Source of the DNA: Naegleria gruberi
Taxonomy: Eukaryota
NCBI GenBank assembly: GCA_000004985.1
Contig: GG738979.1
Length of the DNA: 14,684 bases
Reading direction: 5' to 3' (one strand)
The position numbers were made by a program, and so were the translations under genes. The first letter of the stretch is position 1; every line of letters begins with the position of its first letter. Shown here in pieces: positions 1 to 7,994 of the stretch. The notes beneath the pieces were generated by a model, which saw only the letters and a program-made list of their open reading frames with translations, was not told the DNA's origin and searched no databases.

Positions 1-231
1 ACCCAACCCAAACCCAAACCCAAACCCAAACCCAAACCCAAACCCAAACCCAAACCCAAACCCAAACCCAAACCCAAACCCAAACCCAAACCCAAACCCA
101 AACCCAAACCCAAACCCAAACCCAAACCCAAACCCAAACCCAAACCCAAACCCAAACCCAAACCCAAACCCAAACCCAAACCCAAACCCAAACCCAAACC
201 CAAACCCAAACCCAAACCCAACCCAAACCAA
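1..231. repeat. Telomeric repeat array of about 38 units of CCCAAA on the plus strand (the G-strand TTTGGG is on the minus strand). Shortened CCCAA units occur at 2-6 and 217-221, and the junction at 228-235 is degenerate (ccaacacc). This marks the left end of a chromosome or macronuclear chromosome.
   Basis: Seen directly: perfect 6-nt periodicity from position 7 to 216. The C-rich strand reads 5' to 3' at the left edge of the window, which is the orientation expected for a left telomere. G3T3 units belong to the ciliate-type telomere class (Tetrahymena TTGGGG; Paramecium TTGGGG/TTTGGG). Confidence 0.9.
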
Positions 232-858
232 CACCTTGGTATCACATCAGAAAATTAACTATTCAACTTGTCAACTGACCTATACTAACATTGAAGATAG
301 AAATCTATACCACTTCAATTCGCTTCCAATACCTCTACACATGATATTTAAATACATTAATATCATTTTGACATTCATCCATATCATACATGGTACATGG
401 ATGATCCACTTGACATATACAGGAATGTGACAATGACATCAACTATACAGATCATTATGAAATTGATACAGTACCTTGCTAAAGGTGAATGAACACCACT
501 GTATCAGTTACATGACAATTTGAAATCATTCAACATGTCAGGAGTGTAATCATGAGAATTATGAATATCAAGATAATGAAATCATATTAAATTTATAATC
601 TTTCAATTATAATATCATATATAGATCAATTAATCATGGTGTATCAATAATTGGCATTGAATTTCATATTAATTCATTCAAACCTTAATGACCTATCCTT
701 AGATGACCAACTCAATTTTACACTATCATGAATCATATAACTATTGATACCATTGTGTTCACAATTGAAAATCTAGTCGATTGATATTAGTTTCATCAAT
801 TGGTCATATATATATGGTCAATTAGGGAATCTAAAAGTCAATTTTGAAAAACTAAGAG
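232..858. other. Subtelomeric non-coding spacer that is AT-rich with a strong C>G skew on the plus strand (G-poor). It contains many CATGA/ATCAT-type short motifs and no credible ORF.
   Basis: Base composition read directly: for example, 241-360 has about 8 G against about 27 C. The only ORF in the track (236-430, 64 aa) is low-complexity and rich in I/H/Y. The skew continues the strand bias of the telomeric C-strand. Confidence 0.5.
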
Positions 859-885
859 ATGCAATATATAATATCTATTAAATCA

Positions 886-3800
886 NNNNNNNNNNNNNNN
901 NNNNNNNNNNNNNNNNNNNNNNNNNNNNNNNNNNNNNNNNNNNNNNNNNNNNNNNNNNNNNNNNNNNNNNNNNNNNNNNNNNNNNNNNNNNNNNNNNNNN
1001 NNNNNNNNNNNNNNNNNNNNNNNNNNNNNNNNNNNNNNNNNNNNNNNNNNNNNNNNNNNNNNNNNNNNNNNNNNNNNNNNNNNNNNNNNNNNNNNNNNNN
1101 NNNNNNNNNNNNNNNNNNNNNNNNNNNNNNNNNNNNNNNNNNNNNNNNNNNNNNNNNNNNNNNNNNNNNNNNNNNNNNNNNNNNNNNNNNNNNNNNNNNN
1201 NNNNNNNNNNNNNNNNNNNNNNNNNNNNNNNNNNNNNNNNNNNNNNNNNNNNNNNNNNNNNNNNNNNNNNNNNNNNNNNNNNNNNNNNNNNNNNNNNNNN
1301 NNNNNNNNNNNNNNNNNNNNNNNNNNNNNNNNNNNNNNNNNNNNNNNNNNNNNNNNNNNNNNNNNNNNNNNNNNNNNNNNNNNNNNNNNNNNNNNNNNNN
1401 NNNNNNNNNNNNNNNNNNNNNNNNNNNNNNNNNNNNNNNNNNNNNNNNNNNNNNNNNNNNNNNNNNNNNNNNNNNNNNNNNNNNNNNNNNNNNNNNNNNN
1501 NNNNNNNNNNNNNNNNNNNNNNNNNNNNNNNNNNNNNNNNNNNNNNNNNNNNNNNNNNNNNNNNNNNNNNNNNNNNNNNNNNNNNNNNNNNNNNNNNNNN
1601 NNNNNNNNNNNNNNNNNNNNNNNNNNNNNNNNNNNNNNNNNNNNNNNNNNNNNNNNNNNNNNNNNNNNNNNNNNNNNNNNNNNNNNNNNNNNNNNNNNNN
1701 NNNNNNNNNNNNNNNNNNNNNNNNNNNNNNNNNNNNNNNNNNNNNNNNNNNNNNNNNNNNNNNNNNNNNNNNNNNNNNNNNNNNNNNNNNNNNNNNNNNN
1801 NNNNNNNNNNNNNNNNNNNNNNNNNNNNNNNNNNNNNNNNNNNNNNNNNNNNNNNNNNNNNNNNNNNNNNNNNNNNNNNNNNNNNNNNNNNNNNNNNNNN
1901 NNNNNNNNNNNNNNNNNNNNNNNNNNNNNNNNNNNNNNNNNNNNNNNNNNNNNNNNNNNNNNNNNNNNNNNNNNNNNNNNNNNNNNNNNNNNNNNNNNNN
2001 NNNNNNNNNNNNNNNNNNNNNNNNNNNNNNNNNNNNNNNNNNNNNNNNNNNNNNNNNNNNNNNNNNNNNNNNNNNNNNNNNNNNNNNNNNNNNNNNNNNN
2101 NNNNNNNNNNNNNNNNNNNNNNNNNNNNNNNNNNNNNNNNNNNNNNNNNNNNNNNNNNNNNNNNNNNNNNNNNNNNNNNNNNNNNNNNNNNNNNNNNNNN
2201 NNNNNNNNNNNNNNNNNNNNNNNNNNNNNNNNNNNNNNNNNNNNNNNNNNNNNNNNNNNNNNNNNNNNNNNNNNNNNNNNNNNNNNNNNNNNNNNNNNNN
2301 NNNNNNNNNNNNNNNNNNNNNNNNNNNNNNNNNNNNNNNNNNNNNNNNNNNNNNNNNNNNNNNNNNNNNNNNNNNNNNNNNNNNNNNNNNNNNNNNNNNN
2401 NNNNNNNNNNNNNNNNNNNNNNNNNNNNNNNNNNNNNNNNNNNNNNNNNNNNNNNNNNNNNNNNNNNNNNNNNNNNNNNNNNNNNNNNNNNNNNNNNNNN
2501 NNNNNNNNNNNNNNNNNNNNNNNNNNNNNNNNNNNNNNNNNNNNNNNNNNNNNNNNNNNNNNNNNNNNNNNNNNNNNNNNNNNNNNNNNNNNNNNNNNNN
2601 NNNNNNNNNNNNNNNNNNNNNNNNNNNNNNNNNNNNNNNNNNNNNNNNNNNNNNNNNNNNNNNNNNNNNNNNNNNNNNNNNNNNNNNNNNNNNNNNNNNN
2701 NNNNNNNNNNNNNNNNNNNNNNNNNNNNNNNNNNNNNNNNNNNNNNNNNNNNNNNNNNNNNNNNNNNNNNNNNNNNNNNNNNNNNNNNNNNNNNNNNNNN
2801 NNNNNNNNNNNNNNNNNNNNNNNNNNNNNNNNNNNNNNNNNNNNNNNNNNNNNNNNNNNNNNNNNNNNNNNNNNNNNNNNNNNNNNNNNNNNNNNNNNNN
2901 NNNNNNNNNNNNNNNNNNNNNNNNNNNNNNNNNNNNNNNNNNNNNNNNNNNNNNNNNNNNNNNNNNNNNNNNNNNNNNNNNNNNNNNNNNNNNNNNNNNN
3001 NNNNNNNNNNNNNNNNNNNNNNNNNNNNNNNNNNNNNNNNNNNNNNNNNNNNNNNNNNNNNNNNNNNNNNNNNNNNNNNNNNNNNNNNNNNNNNNNNNNN
3101 NNNNNNNNNNNNNNNNNNNNNNNNNNNNNNNNNNNNNNNNNNNNNNNNNNNNNNNNNNNNNNNNNNNNNNNNNNNNNNNNNNNNNNNNNNNNNNNNNNNN
3201 NNNNNNNNNNNNNNNNNNNNNNNNNNNNNNNNNNNNNNNNNNNNNNNNNNNNNNNNNNNNNNNNNNNNNNNNNNNNNNNNNNNNNNNNNNNNNNNNNNNN
3301 NNNNNNNNNNNNNNNNNNNNNNNNNNNNNNNNNNNNNNNNNNNNNNNNNNNNNNNNNNNNNNNNNNNNNNNNNNNNNNNNNNNNNNNNNNNNNNNNNNNN
3401 NNNNNNNNNNNNNNNNNNNNNNNNNNNNNNNNNNNNNNNNNNNNNNNNNNNNNNNNNNNNNNNNNNNNNNNNNNNNNNNNNNNNNNNNNNNNNNNNNNNN
3501 NNNNNNNNNNNNNNNNNNNNNNNNNNNNNNNNNNNNNNNNNNNNNNNNNNNNNNNNNNNNNNNNNNNNNNNNNNNNNNNNNNNNNNNNNNNNNNNNNNNN
3601 NNNNNNNNNNNNNNNNNNNNNNNNNNNNNNNNNNNNNNNNNNNNNNNNNNNNNNNNNNNNNNNNNNNNNNNNNNNNNNNNNNNNNNNNNNNNNNNNNNNN
3701 NNNNNNNNNNNNNNNNNNNNNNNNNNNNNNNNNNNNNNNNNNNNNNNNNNNNNNNNNNNNNNNNNNNNNNNNNNNNNNNNNNNNNNNNNNNNNNNNNNNN

Positions 3801-5792
3801 NNNNNNNNNNNNNNNNNNNNNNNNNNNNNNNNNNNNNNNNNNNNNNNNNNNNNNNNNNNNNNNNNNNNNNNNNNNNNNNNNNNNNNNNNNNNNNNNNNNN
3901 NNNNNNNNNNNNNNNNNNNNNNNNNNNNNNNNNNNNNNNNNNNNNNNNNNNNNNNNNNNNNNNNNNNNNNNNNNNNNNNNNNNNNNNNNNNNNNNNNNNN
4001 NNNNNNNNNNNNNNNNNNNNNNNNNNNNNNNNNNNNNNNNNNNNNNNNNNNNNNNNNNNNNNNNNNNNNNNNNNNNNNNNNNNNNNNNNNNNNNNNNNNN
4101 NNNNNNNNNNNNNNNNNNNNNNNNNNNNNNNNNNNNNNNNNNNNNNNNNNNNNNNNNNNNNNNNNNNNNNNNNNNNNNNNNNNNNNNNNNNNNNNNNNNN
4201 NNNNNNNNNNNNNNNNNNNNNNNNNNNNNNNNNNNNNNNNNNNNNNNNNNNNNNNNNNNNNNNNNNNNNNNNNNNNNNNNNNNNNNNNNNNNNNNNNNNN
4301 NNNNNNNNNNNNNNNNNNNNNNNNNNNNNNNNNNNNNNNNNNNNNNNNNNNNNNNNNNNNNNNNNNNNNNNNNNNNNNNNNNNNNNNNNNNNNNNNNNNN
4401 NNNNNNNNNNNNNNNNNNNNNNNNNNNNNNNNNNNNNNNNNNNNNNNNNNNNNNNNNNNNNNNNNNNNNNNNNNNNNNNNNNNNNNNNNNNNNNNNNNNN
4501 NNNNNNNNNNNNNNNNNNNNNNNNNNNNNNNNNNNNNNNNNNNNNNNNNNNNNNNNNNNNNNNNNNNNNNNNNNNNNNNNNNNNNNNNNNNNNNNNNNNN
4601 NNNNNNNNNNNNNNNNNNNNNNNNNNNNNNNNNNNNNNNNNNNNNNNNNNNNNNNNNNNNNNNNNNNNNNNNNNNNNNNNNNNNNNNNNNNNNNNNNNNN
4701 NNNNNNNNNNNNNNNNNNNNNNNNNNNNNNNNNNNNNNNNNNNNNNNNNNNNNNNNNNNNNNNNNNNNNNNNNNNNNNNNNNNNNNNNNNNNNNNNNNNN
4801 NNNNNNNNNNNNNNNNNNNNNNNNNNNNNNNNNNNNNNNNNNNNNNNNNNNNNNNNNNNNNNNNNNNNNNNNNNNNNNNNNNNNNNNNNNNNNNNNNNNN
4901 NNNNNNNNNNNNNNNNNNNNNNNNNNNNNNNNNNNNNNNNNNNNNNNNNNNNNNNNNNNNNNNNNNNNNNNNNNNNNNNNNNNNNNNNNNNNNNNNNNNN
5001 NNNNNNNNNNNNNNNNNNNNNNNNNNNNNNNNNNNNNNNNNNNNNNNNNNNNNNNNNNNNNNNNNNNNNNNNNNNNNNNNNNNNNNNNNNNNNNNNNNNN
5101 NNNNNNNNNNNNNNNNNNNNNNNNNNNNNNNNNNNNNNNNNNNNNNNNNNNNNNNNNNNNNNNNNNNNNNNNNNNNNNNNNNNNNNNNNNNNNNNNNNNN
5201 NNNNNNNNNNNNNNNNNNNNNNNNNNNNNNNNNNNNNNNNNNNNNNNNNNNNNNNNNNNNNNNNNNNNNNNNNNNNNNNNNNNNNNNNNNNNNNNNNNNN
5301 NNNNNNNNNNNNNNNNNNNNNNNNNNNNNNNNNNNNNNNNNNNNNNNNNNNNNNNNNNNNNNNNNNNNNNNNNNNNNNNNNNNNNNNNNNNNNNNNNNNN
5401 NNNNNNNNNNNNNNNNNNNNNNNNNNNNNNNNNNNNNNNNNNNNNNNNNNNNNNNNNNNNNNNNNNNNNNNNNNNNNNNNNNNNNNNNNNNNNNNNNNNN
5501 NNNNNNNNNNNNNNNNNNNNNNNNNNNNNNNNNNNNNNNNNNNNNNNNNNNNNNNNNNNNNNNNNNNNNNNNNNNNNNNNNNNNNNNNNNNNNNNNNNNN
5601 NNNNNNNNNNNNNNNNNNNNNNNNNNNNNNNNNNNNNNNNNNNNNNNNNNNNNNNNNNNNNNNNNNNNNNNNNNNNNNNNNNNNNNNNNNNNNNNNNNNN
5701 NNNNNNNNNNNNNNNNNNNNNNNNNNNNNNNNNNNNNNNNNNNNNNNNNNNNNNNNNNNNNNNNNNNNNNNNNNNNNNNNNNNNNNNNNNNN
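886..5792. other. N-masked block of 4907 nt whose content cannot be assessed. It is bracketed by candidate in-frame start and stop codons on both strands. On the plus strand these are ATG 859-861 and TAG 5794-5796. On the minus strand they are ATG at 5797-5799 and TGA at 883-885, which lies immediately next to the mask. One large CDS of about 1640 codons is plausible, but the strand is undetermined.
   Basis: The ORF-track frames through the Ns are open only because N translates to X. What is real is the flanking codons: the minus-strand TGA abuts the mask exactly, and the minus-strand ATG sits 4 nt from the other edge. This mirrors the layout of the better-supported gene at 7995-13496. Confidence 0.3.
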
Positions 5793-6730
5793 GTAGCATG
5801 AAATATCGGAACTTGGCAAATTGATAAGATGATGAAAATCTGATAATAAATATGATGTTTATTATCTATTTAAATAGTAGTACTAAAAGACATGATTCAA
5901 GTTGGTGAAGTACATGTTGAGTTATGGTCCATGTACTTTTTCAAAATTCACATGTACCTATCCCTATCATAACTTGACCAAAATTGATAAGATAAAGTTC
6001 TCCTACCTACTATTGACTATTCCGAACAATGCTACATTGACAGTTTTCCAACTTATCCAGTAGATCCAACGGTGATGAATTTAGTGAAAATTTTGACATT
6101 TCACCAAAATTACATTACTAAAAATTAATTTCCACAAATACTATTATTATATTGATGGAAAACAATAATGATGATGGTTGGTAAATGATCCGATGATGGA
6201 ACACCAAATTGTGATTTTCCATCAAGAAAAATAAATTCCAATTTCATGATGATAATCCACCAATAAAAATTACTAATATTACTACTATTTAGATAATGTT
6301 GAGATGATGTTGTGAAAGTTTGGTGGTTTCATGATGTAAAACCGCTCCGAGAATGGTCATGTCCATAGAGGACCATTTGTTGAATATTTTTTGATTCTTT
6401 TGTTTAAAAAATATCACTTCACTCCTAGTATCTTCATTTCAATATGGAAAACATTGATATTCAATGTACATCATCTTTGGATATCCGTCAATATTAAAAT
6501 AATTAATTTTATTGTTTAAAATCATCAAGAAATTTAAATATAATGCCATCATCTTTAGATGAATCTTGGAAAACTTTCAAATCAATAAGACTCTCGGATG
6601 TTGTTCGAACAGATTGAGTTGTTGTTCTAATAGTATTCCTCAAGTTTACTCTTTGAAATTATTTTTATTTGGTTCAAAGTCGATTTTTTAAGAATAAAGT
6701 AATATTTATTAACGTCTTTTGTATCGTAAA

Positions 6731-6748
6731 GACCTGAGAGACGAGGTC
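6731..6748 (-). terminator. Hairpin with a 5-bp stem and 8-nt loop (gacct gagagacg aggtc), located 35 nt downstream of the stop codon of the 6783-7145 ORF on the minus strand. An AATAAA on the minus strand (plus-strand tttatt at 6705-6710) follows about 20 nt further on. This is a candidate 3'-end processing region.
   Basis: The inverted repeat is seen directly, as is the AATAAA hexamer on the transcribed strand. The functional role is inference only. Confidence 0.25.
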
Positions 6749-6782
6749 TACAACCAGTAAGTTTCGGTTCAGCGTTTAAGTG

Positions 6783-7145
6783 TTATGGGTTGATGCTAAG
6801 TGGTTGGTTAGACTGAGCTTGCCTGTGGTAGGCAGAGAGGTTTTTCCTGTTAATAGTGAAGCTTGCATTGGGACGGTTGTACCACACTGAGTTCTTGTAG
6901 CAATTTTCCAAATAAATAGCTAGTGCTTTGTAGACTTCTAGGGCCACATTCTTAGGTATTCTTTTGCGCTTAGACCAGTTAAGCCAGTCATTACGGGAGC
7001 AACGACCATCAAATTCTATCATAAGTTGAGAGGATTCTGAGATATCAGGAGGGAAACGAATCTTGTTAAGGCTAAATTTCTGGGAGATAGAGTCCCATGT
7101 GGCATACTAAATAACCCAAATAAATCAACTCTGAATCCTAACCAT
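6783..7145 (-). CDS. Small, compositionally distinct ORF, possibly a histone-fold (H4-like architecture) protein of about 108 aa. It would require a 36-nt GT..AG intron (7107-7142) directly after the ATG at 7143-7145. The uninterrupted ORF is 6783-7022 (79 aa), and the frame stays open upstream to 7106. The alternative reading is a pseudogene relic of a pogo/Tc5-type transposase HTH.
   Basis: The region 6715-7110 is clearly GC-richer than its surroundings and uses codons that are rare elsewhere in the window (CGT, CGC, TGC, TCC, GCC). The translation is KRIPKNVALEVYKALAIYLENCYKNSVWY...SFTINRKNLSAYHRQ. It aligns without gaps to the H4 alpha2-L2 region [29 protein letters not shown]...KTVTAMDVVYALKRQ. 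The spacings are identical: KRI to LEN is 17 residues and LEN to Y is 8 residues, and the L2 signature T-[IV]-x3-[DN]-[IL] is present. The N-terminal 45 residues are not basic, so this is not a canonical H4. The segment FDGRCSRNDWLNWSKRKRI also resembles the SNGWLDRFRRRHGV motif of HTH_Tnp_Tc5 (CENP-B/pogo). In-frame stops upstream are bypassed only if the 36-nt intron is real. Confidence 0.35.
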
Positions 7146-7274
7146 TGCTGTGTTGCACCTCTTTTCTTCTTCTTTCCAGTTCAACTCAAAGTAACAAAAG
7201 AACCTTGGAGGTTTACCGTGATTTCTGATTCCATTTTACCAACTGTACCATGTTATCATGATAAACTAAACTCT

Positions 7275-7282
7275 ATAAATAC
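7275..7282 (+). promoter_or_regulatory. Consensus TATA box (TATAAATA) lying 59-66 nt upstream of the ATG at 7341. It sits in the 195-bp divergent intergenic region between the 6783-7145 ORF (minus) and the 7341-7949 gene (plus).
   Basis: Exact TATAAATA match, flanked by the comparatively GC-containing acgagtcc. AT-rich background makes chance matches common, so confidence is low. Confidence 0.3.
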
Positions 7283-7340
7283 GAGTCCAATAACATGACA
7301 CAACCCAAAACCAACTTCAAAAAAACAAGTCAACCAACAA

Positions 7341-7949
7341 ATGCCTCCACCACCTCCACCAAGCAATAATAGCATTATTAGTACTTCTCAAGGATTTACT
7401 CCACCACCACCTCCTGGAATAAACAGTTCTTTCAAAGTAGGAGGAGGCACTCCACCACCTCCTGGATCATTCTCTCCAATGATTCAAGATCCAGTTTCCA
7501 TTCCAGTGATTGGAGGAAAGGTCAATAAGGTTCAAGCAAAAAAGTCAACGAAACAGTACATTAATGTGAGAGAAATTATTGGACCAAAAGATGTTTTCCA
7601 AGCATTGAGAATTGCTCCATCAGTTTTTAAGGAATTATTTGGAGTTTCTTATCCAAATAATTCAGAATATTTGGAAGGTCAACAAATTGCTCAAGTTGTC
7701 TTTGAAGATTTCGAATTAAATTTGATTTGGGCGAGGGATATGAGTCAAACTGATGATTCGTATGCAGTTCCATATGCCATGACTGATAGTACTCATGCCT
7801 TGTGGGAATTGTTGGGAAATAATGGTTTCGAATTGAGAGATTCGAGAAATTATCTCACCTATCAAACTAATAGAGTGAGCAGATTTAATGGAAGAATGTT
7901 ATGCGAAAGAGTATTCAACTCAAAACAAAATCAATATAAATTATTATAA
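7341..7949 (+). CDS. Hypothetical 202-aa protein. Its N-terminus carries three polyproline tracts (PPPPPP, PPPPP, PPPP) spaced 13-15 residues apart, in the style of a formin FH1 or WASP-type profilin/SH3-binding region. The C-terminal half (about 150 aa) is unrecognised. The stop codon is TAA.
   Basis: Uninterrupted ORF from ATG 7341 (context caacaaATGcc, A-rich upstream) to TAA 7947-7949. Proline is encoded almost entirely by CCA/CCT, matching the AT-rich host codon bias. All 12 glutamines are CAA/CAG. A TATA box lies upstream. No domain assignment is possible by eye. Confidence 0.65.
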   Translation: MPPPPPPSNNSIISTSQGFTPPPPPGINSSFKVGGGTPPPPGSFSPMIQDPVSIPVIGGKVNKVQAKKSTKQYINVREIIGPKDVFQALRIAPSVFKELFGVSYPNNSEYLEGQQIAQVVFEDFELNLIWARDMSQTDDSYAVPYAMTDSTHALWELLGNNGFELRDSRNYLTYQTNRVSRFNGRMLCERVFNSKQNQYKLL

Positions 7950-7994
7950 TAAATTAATTTTTTGTTGTACAATTTACAATAAAATTACAATAAA

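Noticed and set aside
236-430. A 64-aa ORF in the subtelomeric spacer.
   Set aside because: The sequence is low-complexity and rich in I/H/Y/T. It has no start context, and it arises from the G-poor composition, which suppresses TAG/TGA/TAA on this strand. It is not credible as a gene.
852-5819. Track ORFs of 1638-1655 aa on both strands across the first N block (852..5819 -, 859..5796 +, 883..5799 -).
   Set aside because: They are open only because runs of N translate to X. One of them (852..5819) even starts at a TTG rather than an ATG. Only the flanking start and stop codons carry information, so I describe the block as an unresolved masked region rather than a called CDS.
6596-6790. tRNA-like fragments (gttgttcgaacag at about 6600; tcggttcagcg at about 6774).
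   Set aside because: There is no full cloverleaf. No GGTTCGAATCC T-loop with a matching acceptor or anticodon stem can be built by eye, so these are probably chance matches.
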